From an uncultured virus (IMG/VR IMGVR_UViG_3300048839_001435) (lineage: Duplodnaviria > Heunggongvirae > Uroviricota > Caudoviricetes), in the IMG/VR virus record IMGVR_UViG_3300048839_001435: a stretch of DNA of 64,000 nt; one strand, 5' to 3'. Both the position numbers and the translations under genes were made by a program. Below, one piece after another: positions 53,205-61,975 of the stretch (position 1 is the first letter of the stretch; each line of letters opens with the position of its first letter). Below the pieces are notes generated by a model, which saw only the letters and a program-made list of their open reading frames with translations, was not told the origin of the DNA and did not search any database.

Positions 53205-54165
53205 CGGTAGCCCCAACCTACGCCAGTCGTGTGACACCCCGCAGTTTTGCGCCTGCCCACATCGTCCGAGACGCGACCCGAGAGCAACGCGAGTGCCGGA
53301 CGCCGAGTGTCGCGGGCCGAACCCACGACGAACGTACGACATTACCCGAGCGTCGTTACGAGTTGATGATGCCGACCGCTGCGTCACGTATGCGTTGCGC
53401 CACCGCGGTGTGCGTCGACGCGCACGACACATTGAAGGCCGCCGACACAACCGCGTACCGTAGCCCGCTGCGACGATTCCAGCGATTCCTAGCGTAGTGC
53501 CTCGATGTGGTTCAGCAGACTGCTGGGAGGGATGCCTGACACAGCGCCGTCCAGGCGGAATCGCCACGCAACGCGTACAAAACCGTTTTGATGGTGCCGT
53601 CGGGCGACCGACGTTGAAATCCCGCGACGTCCACAACACCTAGACATAGACATGTGCAGGCTGCGTGTGAGGTCGACCCGAATCTGGTTCCGGCCATAGC
53701 ATACCCACGACACGGGGGTGCCTGCGGCGGCGCCGAGTCCGAGGCCGAACTGCGCTAACATAGCCGCCCGAATCCTTCTATGTCGCCTCCCCACGATCGC
53801 GCCGAAGACGCTCGAATGCTACCCACTCCGGTCGACACCCAAGCCCAGCTAAGTTCTGGCAGATTCGGCCAATAAGCGCAGTAACGCCAGCCGGCCGTGG
53901 CCAGCGAGTATGCCGTACCCGAGAGCAGAAACGGGCGGATGATCGCCGGCGACATGCTGCCCGTGAGCTTACATCAAATAGCAGAGCGATGTCGACCCGG
54001 AATTGGTCGGAATGCTGCTGCTAGTTGACCGCCGGCGTGAACCTTTAGACGTCCTTGTCTGCCCCCACCGAATCGATCTGGCGCTGCGAGATCCGTTGCA
54101 ACCGCTGCAGAACGCCGCCTGATAGTAGGCGTACAATCCGTACGCGAGGGTGTACGCGCCGTACA

Positions 54166-57162
54166 TCATACGCCTGCCCAGTCGTGCGCGATGTCGACCT
54201 CGATCGGGAACGGGATGCCGCCGTACTCCTGCGTGAACGCGTCGATCACGTCCGACTTGACGCGGTCGGCGTCGTCCTCGTTGCACTCGAAGACCGCTGC
54301 GTCGTGAATCTGGAGGATCGGGAAGCAGGTGCCGTTGTACCGCGGGAGCTTCTGCCACATGCGCCACATGCCCGTATCCATGATGTCCGCGCCGAGCGAC
54401 TGGATGCCGATGTTGATGGCTTCGCTGCGGTCGGCGGCGAGGGGGAAGACACGCCGGCGTCCGAGGATCCTGGACCGGATCTCGTTGGGCGGCTTCGAGG
54501 CTGTCGCGACGGCGTCGTCCTGCCACTTGGTCACCAGCGGCATGGCGCCCATCAGCTTGTAGACCGCGGCGGCGACGTCGTTGTACTTGACGTTCTGGTC
54601 GTCCTTCAAGAGCGTCTTCCACAGCGTCTCGACGGAGCCGCCGTAGAAAGCGCCGTACTCGAACCGCTTGACGGCGTCGCGCAGAACCTTGAAGCGCGCC
54701 TTGTCGACGTCCTTGAGCTGGATGATCTTCTCACCCCAGACGACCTTCATCGCTTCGGTGTGGATGTCCTTGCCCTGCGCGAAGACGTCACAGAGCCATG
54801 GATCGCCAGAAACGAGTGCGATTCCGCGTGCTTCGAGCTGACTAAAGTCGAAGCCGACGAAGATGCGCCCTGGCGGCGCGACGACCTGCGTACGAAGGTT
54901 CGGCCGGCCCTTCTTGGCGTCGGCCTTCGGGACGTTCGAGAGCACGGGTTCGGTACTGGCCCAGCGCCCCGAGATCTTGGTGATGCTCCACGAGGGGTGG
55001 ACCCGGTCTTCTTCGTCGGCGAAGCCATACGTCCGGATCGTGCCATCGGCGTGGTAGCGATCGAAGATCGCCCAGACGAACGTCGAGAGGAGCTTGGCGT
55101 TCTCGCGGTAGTTGACGATCCGCCGGACGATCGGCACGTCGACGAGCGCATCCAAGATGGCCTTGGACGTCGCCGTCCGCCCGCTGGCGGTCTTGGTGAC
55201 GAGGTTGACGCCCAGGGCTTGCAGCAGCCCGACGACGTGGGTCGTCTTGTCGACGCTCCACGCCCACTTGCCCTTGGCGATCTTCTGTTCGATCTGCGCG
55301 ACGCGTGTCAGCTGGCGTTCGCGGTAGTCTTCGGGGTCGTTCTTGCGCTTGGTGTACGCCTCCTCGATAGCGATCCGGTGCTTGATCTGTTCGAGCGTGT
55401 CGGGGTCGTTGGCGACGGCTTCGATCGCCTCGCGTGCCTGCTTGACGTTGTCCCGGAACTGGACGAGGAGCTGCTCGTTGACGTCCCGCGACATCGGGAC
55501 GCCCCACAGGTGCATGTGGGACGCGATCGTCCCCATGCAGCGATCGATCTCGTAGACCTTCTCGGTCTTCGTCTTCTTGACCAGGATCTCCAGCGGCGCG
55601 CGGAGTCGCGCGGTGCTGAGGACGTCGTACATGTTGTACTTGGTCAGCGCTTCCGGGGTTTCGTCACCGTCGCGGAACTCCGACTTCCACGGGCGGATCG
55701 CGAAGAACTGCCCAGCGACGTACTGGAGCTTATGCGCCATCCCCGGGAACGTCGCGTGGTGCGCGAGCAGCGTGTCCGCGTACTCGTCGGCGAGGTTGAA
55801 CCCGCGGGCACGTAGAACGGTTCGATCGTAGAGACCGTTGTGGTAGACCGTGACGATCTTGGGGTCCCCGAGCGCAGAGCCGATCGCAGCCTTCGCCGTC
55901 GGTCCCAGCAGATCCCACATGACGCTGACACCGCGACTGGGTGTCGCCAGGCCGATCGCCTTGATCTGCGCCACGTACATCATCAGGGCGTGGTGGCGCT
56001 GCTCGTCGAAGACGTGCGTCTCCAAGTCGACGGCCAGCTCGCCGCACGCGCGCGCCTCGGCGACGATGTCCAGGACTAGCCTGGTCGCCCGAACGCTGTC
56101 GGCGACCTCGGTCTCGCCGTCCTCGGTGAATCGGCAGTCGACGCCGCGCGCAAGCGCGTCGAGCTTGCCGGCGTCGTAGAGCAGGTTCCAGTAGACGAGG
56201 TCGGCGCCGTGCGCGCCCTTGAGGGGCTTGGCGCCGGCACGCAGCAGCGCCGCTGGATGGATCGTCGGGATGACGAGGCGGATGTCGCCTTCGCCGACGA
56301 ACGGGGTCATGTGCAGCGTCGAGACGAGGTCGCTGAAGCTGAGGCCCTTGCCCTTCGAGACGCCCTTCGGTCGCCGTGCTTTGGGCGGCTTGGGTGGCTT
56401 GGGGAGCTTGGGCGCCTTGATCTTGATCGTCTTCTTGGGCTTGTCGACCCGCGCCAACGGGCCCAACTTGATGACGACTGCCCCCGAAGCCTTCGCCGTC
56501 TTGGCGGCCTCACGAGCGGCGCGACGCGCCGCGATGGCGTCGAGCTTGCGCTGCTTGGCGGCCTCGCGCCGCTCGGCTTGGACTTCGGCGCGCGTACGCG
56601 TGTCGACGGCGAGTGTTCCAGCCTGCGCAGCTTGGGTGACGGCCGTCATCGCCTGCGCCGCGGCTTGCTTCGCCGTCTTGGGAGCCGTATCACCACGGTC
56701 GCCGAACGCGTGCGGGATCAGCACACGCGCCGCCGGCGCACCTACGGACAGGATCGGCTTGCCCGGAAACCGCGCCAGCTCCAGGCGCAGCCGCTCGCGA
56801 CACGCCTGGGCCGCGCGGTCGCGGACCTTCTCGTCGGCCCCATCGTAGGGCCGGCACAGCGTCGCGTTGGCGATCCAGATGTCCTGACGAGGCCGGCCTA
56901 GGCTCGCCAGGATCTTGTCCATGACGGCGCCGGAAGCGCCGATGAACGGCCGCCCGAAGATCTGCTCGTTGTGGCCGGGGCCTTCCCCGACGACGATCCA
57001 GAGAGGATCTTCAGGGCCCTCGCCGCAGACCGGCCGATTCGGCAGGCCCTCTTTGGTCGCGAACGGGCAGTTGCGGCAGTCGGCGCCCGTCGTCGAGCCA
57101 CGCGCCGCCGCCGGTGGCGGCAACGGGCGGTCGGCGCCGAAGCTCTCCAACGCCGAGCGCAT
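54166..57162 (-). CDS. polA: family A DNA polymerase with N-terminal uracil-DNA-glycosylase domain and 3'-5' exonuclease
   Basis: UDG4: CRNC, GEGPGHNE, GRPFIGASG, HPAA; Exo: DLET, HNGLYD, YNMYD; Pol: SGRWAS, DFSQLEAR, KRFEYGAFYG, QIHD. Confidence 0.95.
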   Translation of the reverse strand: MRSALESFGADRPLPPPAAARGSTTGADCRNCPFATKEGLPNRPVCGEGPEDPLWIVVGEGPGHNEQIFGRPFIGASGAVMDKILASLGRPRQDIWIANATLCRPYDGADEKVRDRAAQACRERLRLELARFPGKPILSVGAPAARVLIPHAFGDRGDTAPKTAKQAAAQAMTAVTQAAQAGTLAVDTRTRAEVQAERREAAKQRKLDAIAARRAAREAAKTAKASGAVVIKLGPLARVDKPKKTIKIKAPKLPKPPKPPKARRPKGVSKGKGLSFSDLVSTLHMTPFVGEGDIRLVIPTIHPAALLRAGAKPLKGAHGADLVYWNLLYDAGKLDALARGVDCRFTEDGETEVADSVRATRLVLDIVAEARACGELAVDLETHVFDEQRHHALMMYVAQIKAIGLATPSRGVSVMWDLLGPTAKAAIGSALGDPKIVTVYHNGLYDRTVLRARGFNLADEYADTLLAHHATFPGMAHKLQYVAGQFFAIRPWKSEFRDGDETPEALTKYNMYDVLSTARLRAPLEILVKKTKTEKVYEIDRCMGTIASHMHLWGVPMSRDVNEQLLVQFRDNVKQAREAIEAVANDPDTLEQIKHRIAIEEAYTKRKNDPEDYRERQLTRVAQIEQKIAKGKWAWSVDKTTHVVGLLQALGVNLVTKTASGRTATSKAILDALVDVPIVRRIVNYRENAKLLSTFVWAIFDRYHADGTIRTYGFADEEDRVHPSWSITKISGRWASTEPVLSNVPKADAKKGRPNLRTQVVAPPGRIFVGFDFSQLEARGIALVSGDPWLCDVFAQGKDIHTEAMKVVWGEKIIQLKDVDKARFKVLRDAVKRFEYGAFYGGSVETLWKTLLKDDQNVKYNDVAAAVYKLMGAMPLVTKWQDDAVATASKPPNEIRSRILGRRRVFPLAADRSEAINIGIQSLGADIMDTGMWRMWQKLPRYNGTCFPILQIHDAAVFECNEDDADRVKSDVIDAFTQEYGGIPFPIEVDIAHDWAGV

Positions 57163-57165
57163 GGC

Positions 57166-57744
57166 TCAGAACGCGTTGAACCCCAGCTGCTCGTAGAGGG
57201 CCGTGCGATCTTTCAAGAGCGGACTCGTCGGGAGCAAGTAGCCACCGTCGCCGCGGCGCCAGGAGACGTGGACGACGTTCTGGCGATCGACGTGCTTGGA
57301 CAGACTACGGTAGACCGTGCGCTGGGTGATCTGGCCGAAGTCGTCGATGACCTCGGAGTAGATCTGCCGGAAGACCTTGCAGGTGTAGCGCTCGATCGTC
57401 TTGAGCACGACTTCGTCGAGGATCGTGAACTTGACCTCCGGCTCCGGCTTGGCCTGGCCTCGGAGCGTGTCCACAGCGCGCTTGAGATCGACGCTGCCGT
57501 CGGTCCGGCAGTAGTGCTTGCGCGGCAGCAACACGACGTTGCCGCGGTCTTGGAGCCTCGCGAGGCTCTCGTCGAGGTCATCACGCTCGACGTCGACGAG
57601 CTGATCTCGCAGATCGCTGTAGCTGGTGACCTTGCCGGCAGGCACCCCGCCGAGCACGAAGTCATCGATCGCTGCGAGCACGTTGTGCTCGCGGTGCCGC
57701 TGCAGAATCGGGCAGCGGTCGTCATAGCAGAAGCCATCAGACAT
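57166..57744 (-). CDS. putative tandem winged-helix protein with N-terminal CCHH motif
   Basis: CYDDRCP...HREH; DLDESLARLQDRGNV; ITQRTVYRSLSKHV. Confidence 0.6.
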   Translation of the reverse strand: MSDGFCYDDRCPILQRHREHNVLAAIDDFVLGGVPAGKVTSYSDLRDQLVDVERDDLDESLARLQDRGNVVLLPRKHYCRTDGSVDLKRAVDTLRGQAKPEPEVKFTILDEVVLKTIERYTCKVFRQIYSEVIDDFGQITQRTVYRSLSKHVDRQNVVHVSWRRGDGGYLLPTSPLLKDRTALYEQLGFNAF

Positions 57745-57930
57745 GGCGGAGCCACGGCCTTGCATTCGTCCCCCTCATGCATAGCGACGTCGCCGCACAG
57801 CGACGTCTCGTTGATGCTCCTAGGTAACGGCGTAGGTGAACCGGCGCAAGTTTTCTGCGACCGATTTTTCGAGCGAGCTTCGGCGGGATCTCGCGACGTG
57901 CTTGTGGCTAGCCTGTGGATTGCATCGAGA

Positions 57931-58278
57931 TCACGCCGCGGAGCTTGTGAACAGCGGCGGGAGTGTCCCGAGGTGCAGCAAGTCCAGCACGTGCTTGCCG
58001 GCCATTCGGGCTGCGTCCAGCTCGTGGGCCATGCCACTGCTGAGCAAGCCGCCCACGAGTGCGATACCGTCGCAGCGCGGGATGACGAGCAGGTCGTCAC
58101 GCATGCCACGGGCACGATGCACTGGGTTGGAGTCGTCCAGGACCTCGACGTAGGTGATCCAGGGCGCGATGAACGCGTGCTCCGGGTACGTGTCGATGAG
58201 CCAGCGGATCCAGAGCTTGACGTTGATCAAGTTCTGCTTCACGTCCCCGCTGACGGGGTGAGCCACGTAGTAGATCAC
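57931..58278 (-). CDS. nucleoside 2-deoxyribosyltransferase-like (DUF4406-type) protein
   Basis: YYVAHPVSG...APW...CDGIAL...SSGMAHE. Confidence 0.8.
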   Translation of the reverse strand: MIYYVAHPVSGDVKQNLINVKLWIRWLIDTYPEHAFIAPWITYVEVLDDSNPVHRARGMRDDLLVIPRCDGIALVGGLLSSGMAHELDAARMAGKHVLDLLHLGTLPPLFTSSAA

Positions 58279-58290
58279 AGAGGACTCCAC

Positions 58291-58330
58291 GAAGAAGAAG
58301 GGAGGGGCGGCCCCACGGAGCCGCCCCTCC
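58291..58330 (-). terminator. intrinsic terminator after SSB
   Basis: GGAGGGGCGGCTC-CGTG-GGGCCGCCCCTCC followed by CTTCTTCTTC. Confidence 0.75.
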
Positions 58331-58368
58331 GAGGCGCTGAGGAAGAACGTTCCACCGCGCCGCTGGCG

Positions 58369-58929
58369 TCAGCGCACCGGCGCGCCGTTGCGCGCCGCGG
58401 ACGCGCCCACCACGCGACGGCCGGCCGCGGCGGCGTTCGCCGCCGGAGCCTGAGCCGCCGGCGCCTTGGCCGGCGCCGCGCTGCCGCCCACCGGGGTCTC
58501 GCCGACGACGTCGGTGATGACCTTCGGCTCGCCGGGCTGGCCGTTCGGGAGCGTCTGCGCCGGCAGCGTGCGCTGCTGGACCATCGCCTGGAACTGGCGC
58601 CCCAGCAAGTCGTCACGCCCGAAGCCCTGCAGCGGCGCGCCGATCGCGACGAGGAAGTTCTTCAGGCGCGCCATCGGCACGCGCTCGTTCTTGAGCGAGA
58701 TCCACTTGCTCATCGTCCGGCCGACGACGTCGTCGGTCGAGGTGGTCTCGACGACCTCGGCGACGCGCAGGTAGACGCGGATCTGCGGCTCGTTCTTGTT
58801 CGACACCGTCTGCTCGGCGTCGGTGATCTCGAAGACGTAGGTCCCCGGGGGAACCGCCGAGGAGATGCCGTTGTAGGTCTCGGCCTCCGTGAGATCGATC
58901 TGGACGAAGAAGGGCTGCGGGTTCGACAT
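58369..58929 (-). CDS. DUF669-like single-stranded DNA-binding protein
   Basis: VPPGTYVFEITDAEQTVS...; OB-fold-type pattern; sits beside Sak4-like ATPase. Confidence 0.8.
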   Translation of the reverse strand: MSNPQPFFVQIDLTEAETYNGISSAVPPGTYVFEITDAEQTVSNKNEPQIRVYLRVAEVVETTSTDDVVGRTMSKWISLKNERVPMARLKNFLVAIGAPLQGFGRDDLLGRQFQAMVQQRTLPAQTLPNGQPGEPKVITDVVGETPVGGSAAPAKAPAAQAPAANAAAAGRRVVGASAARNGAPVR

Positions 58930-59004
58930 GTCGTGTTTCTCTTTCCTCAGTGCGTTGCGTTGTTCGTTGTTCAACCCCCGCGCCGGGGCGCGGAAGAACT
59001 AGAG

Positions 59005-59856
59005 CTACTTGGTGCGCCTCACGACGGGAGCCGCGGGGCGCGAGATGACGATCTGCGGTACAGCTTGCGCCGCCGCACTCGCCTGAGACGCGATCGGCGT
59101 CGGCGCCGCCGACGCGTCGGTGAAGTCGATGTCGTCGGGGGCGATGCCGCCCGTCTGGAGCGCGCCGATGAGCATGCGGTAGTCGGGTTCCATCGGATCG
59201 GGCAGCACGCCGCCGTCACGGCCACCGGCGACGTAGGGCCCGAACTTCTTCGTGCGGACCTCCCAGCGAGTGCTCTCTTTGCCCTCCTGAACCTGCCGGT
59301 GGTAGAGGATGAAGTCGCAGCCGGCGGCGAACTTGCTCGCCTGCTGGCCTGGGATCATCGGGCCGCCGATGGGGTTCTCGCTGTCGGGCTGCTTGTCGAG
59401 CGCCAGCCACAGGACGTTGACCTGCTTCTGGTGCATGCGGACGCGGAGATCGCGCAGGTGGTTGTTGAGGTCGCCGTAGGCGCGCCGGTTGTCCGGGCGG
59501 CTGCCCATCAGCGCCAGCAGGTGGTTGAAGTACAGGTCGGCGTAGAACGTGAGGCTGTCGATGACGATCGTCCGGACCTCACCCTTGGCGATCAGCGGGT
59601 CCATCTTCGCGCTCGCCTCGGCCATGTCGCTGATCGTCTCGATTCCCCAGACGATCGGGTCGCGGTCGGGCTCGTAGAACCCGCTGCGATCCATCGTCTG
59701 GAGCGTAACCCAGCCCGACTCGGTGACGTCCGAGAGGAACAGCGGGCGCGGCCACGACCCTGCGAACTTGGTCTTGCCCGAGCGGGTCGCCCCGTAGCAG
59801 AGGGCGGTGATGCGCGGGCCGTCGACGGCGGACGCGCGAAGATTGACGACTCTCAT
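59005..59856 (-). CDS. Sak4-like (AAA_24) P-loop recombinase/annealase
   Basis: YGATRSGKT, TIVIDSLT, AYG. Confidence 0.85.
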   Translation of the reverse strand: MRVVNLRASAVDGPRITALCYGATRSGKTKFAGSWPRPLFLSDVTESGWVTLQTMDRSGFYEPDRDPIVWGIETISDMAEASAKMDPLIAKGEVRTIVIDSLTFYADLYFNHLLALMGSRPDNRRAYGDLNNHLRDLRVRMHQKQVNVLWLALDKQPDSENPIGGPMIPGQQASKFAAGCDFILYHRQVQEGKESTRWEVRTKKFGPYVAGGRDGGVLPDPMEPDYRMLIGALQTGGIAPDDIDFTDASAAPTPIASQASAAAQAVPQIVISRPAAPVVRRTK

Positions 59857-60104
59857 CGACGGGACTCCTTCTTCTTGGTGGTTCGGGCAGCACGCACTTC
59901 ACGACTCCAGCCGCAGCGGCAGAACCGCAAGGTGTCCCGGGCTTGGATGACGCCCCCGCAGGCGGGGCACGACTTCGGCGGACGACCAGGTCCCCAGATC
60001 TTGTGCGAGGCGTGCAGACCGATGACAGGGCAACGGTCGTCTCGGCACGGCTCGACGTCCCGCGGTAGCTCGTCGAAGACCTCGATGGACGCGAAGCGCG
60101 GCAT
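59853..60104 (-). CDS. small zinc-binding protein
   Basis: CRDDRCP...HASH...CPAC...CRC. Confidence 0.7.
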   Translation of the reverse strand: MPRFASIEVFDELPRDVEPCRDDRCPVIGLHASHKIWGPGRPPKSCPACGGVIQARDTLRFCRCGWSREVRAARTTKKKESRR

Positions 60105-61612
60105 CAGACGTCTTTCTCGGCGTCAGCGCAGTGCTCCCAGAGCTGGCACTTGCCCCAACGGTTGATGCAGTTGGCCCGAGAGCGGGGAAAGCTCCCGAGG
60201 CTGATGAACAAGTTCCGCAGCGCCAGCCACTGCTGAAGATCGCGTGCGTGCGCGCGCAGCTGCCAGGGCATGACGTTGACCGCGACGCGCGTGAAGCTCG
60301 GCTCCTTGGTCTTGGGCAGGAGGTTCATCACCGTGCCCTGCAGCGGTCCGTACTTCTTGTCGTACTTGAGCCGCTTCCAGAGCATCCACTGCCCGATGAT
60401 TTCGCCATCGCCTCGCCACCCGGTCAGCGCAGTGTCGTCGAGCCGTGGCACGGTCTTGTGCTCGAAGATGTACGTACCAGGCGCGAACGACTGGTACGCC
60501 TTGGTGAACCGCGCGATCATGTCGTACCGGCACGACTCGCCGGTCTTGGGATCGAACGCGAGCTGCTCGACTGCCAGGACTTCGATCGGCTCGTTGGCGT
60601 AGTAGATGCTGTAGAGGTCGTAGAGCCGCCACGCCTCGGCGATGTACTCGGGGTTGCAGTTGCGCTCCAGCAGCCGATCGCGCAGCGTCTTGGCGTCCAA
60701 CGGATAGCCCCGCATCGCCTCGTAGTGCAGCGCGAGAAACAGGTGGACGGCGGAGCCGATGACCAGCGCCGGCGATTCGTTGACGTAGGTCGAGACGCGA
60801 TCGCCGCGCAGCTGCTGCTGCTGCCAGAGGAACGGGCAGCGTTGGAAGGTCGAGAACGACGACCAGCCCAGGCCACCCGAGGCGCCGCCGGGGCGTTGGA
60901 GCTTCGCCTCCGCGAAGATCTCGACGACAGCGGCGTCGAAGAGCGTCCAAGGGTAGCCACCCTCGTCGAAGGGCACAAAGAAGTCTTTGGACTTCTTGAC
61001 CGGCGCGATCGTGAGCGCGCGCGGCAGCGGGAACGGCGACGCCTCGGGCTCGTCGGCCGATGCCAACACCAGAGCCGTCGGAGGCGCCGGTGGCGCCGCA
61101 GGCGATGGAAACCCGTTCTCGGCGAGGTCCGCCAGGACGTCACCGTGGCACGGCTGCGGCGCGCAGTAGCAGCCCAGGCGCTGACCCCGCAGCGCAGCGA
61201 TCTGATCGCGGCTGGGCTTCACCCAGCCTTCGATCTGCTCGTCGGTCGTCAGCCAGTTGGCGTAGCGCTTGATAGCCTCCTCACGAGATGCGACGGGGAT
61301 CGTGTGCGCGAACTCGGAGCCGCCGGCGGCGAACGGGTTGCCGAACGGCGAGCCGCGTCCGATGTAGACGTCGCAGGGTTCCGTGCGGCGGTTGACGGCT
61401 CGGGCGTAGATCCTCTCTGCGATCGAGTCGTCATCGAGCACCTCGTAGCTGAGATCCAGACTATCGCCGCCGCGATCCAGCAGCCGAACTCCGCAGGATT
61501 TCCCTGCGTGCTCGTAGATGCCGTTAGCGGACGTTGCAATGAGCAGCGATCCGCAGGCGATGCAGTGAGGTGCCGACAAGTGTGTTGATCCCCGATGCGA
61601 TCGAGCCGCCAT
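60104..61612 (-). CDS. DUF4326 domain fused to PD-(D/E)XK (Cas4/RecB-like) nuclease
   Basis: YIGRGSPFGNPF...LGCYCAPQPCHGDVL; FQRCP...GSAVH...RYD...EHKT...C....C...C. Confidence 0.85.
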   Translation of the reverse strand: MAARSHRGSTHLSAPHCIACGSLLIATSANGIYEHAGKSCGVRLLDRGGDSLDLSYEVLDDDSIAERIYARAVNRRTEPCDVYIGRGSPFGNPFAAGGSEFAHTIPVASREEAIKRYANWLTTDEQIEGWVKPSRDQIAALRGQRLGCYCAPQPCHGDVLADLAENGFPSPAAPPAPPTALVLASADEPEASPFPLPRALTIAPVKKSKDFFVPFDEGGYPWTLFDAAVVEIFAEAKLQRPGGASGGLGWSSFSTFQRCPFLWQQQQLRGDRVSTYVNESPALVIGSAVHLFLALHYEAMRGYPLDAKTLRDRLLERNCNPEYIAEAWRLYDLYSIYYANEPIEVLAVEQLAFDPKTGESCRYDMIARFTKAYQSFAPGTYIFEHKTVPRLDDTALTGWRGDGEIIGQWMLWKRLKYDKKYGPLQGTVMNLLPKTKEPSFTRVAVNVMPWQLRAHARDLQQWLALRNLFISLGSFPRSRANCINRWGKCQLWEHCADAEKDV

Positions 61613-61689
61613 CTTTCGACGTGCTCGCCAAGCCCGACCCTTGTAGCACGGCCCTATGACAAGGGCTTCCGGCTTGCGCTAAGTCGCTG

Positions 61690-61726
61690 TCGCTGCTGCG
61701 ATCAAAGGTGGATCGCAGCAGCGATC
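61690..61726. promoter_or_regulatory. double GATC-box inverted repeat upstream of the replication operon
   Basis: TCGCTGCTGCGATC-AAAGGTG-GATCGCAGCAGCGATC. Confidence 0.65.
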
Positions 61727-61731
61727 GCACG

Positions 61732-61920
61732 TCAGGCGGCGCCGCCGAACGGCGGATCGTCGGGGTCCATGACCTCCTCGTCCTCCTCGGGCACGACCTG
61801 GGCCAGCATCATGACCTGGACGGCCGCCATGATGGCGGTGAAGTCCTCGCGGGAGACGGCCGAGCCGTTGACCATGTAGATCGGCGCAGCGTTCGGGGCG
61901 GGGACGTTGATGTTGACGTC
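61732..61920 (-). CDS. small acidic hypothetical protein (start uncertain)
   Basis: open frame 61732-62010 with strong GC3 in its 3' part; acidic C-terminus. Confidence 0.45.
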   Translation of the reverse strand, partial: DVNINVPAPNAAPIYMVNGSAVSREDFTAIMAAVQVMMLAQVVPEEDEEVMDPDDPPFGGAA

Positions 61921-61975
61921 GATGAGTTCGGGCAGGCTGAATTCGATCACGAAGTTCCTCGGGGGTGAAGGTTGA

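Noticed and set aside
53210..54165. Group I/II intron, tmRNA or RNase P RNA assignment
   Set aside because: Hallmark sequences not found; polA is complete before this tract
51052..58278. DNA hypermodification pathway (kinase, deoxyribosyltransferase-like protein, glycosyltransferase)
   Set aside because: No hydroxymethylase, PurZ or Que/Dpd genes seen; the glycosyltransferase lies near virion genes and could act on proteins
56971..60165. 1064-aa plus-strand ORF and other long plus-strand ORFs (7773-9881, 36203-38242, 54055-55815, 22782-24551)
   Set aside because: Antisense shadows of well-supported minus-strand genes in high-GC DNA; no motifs
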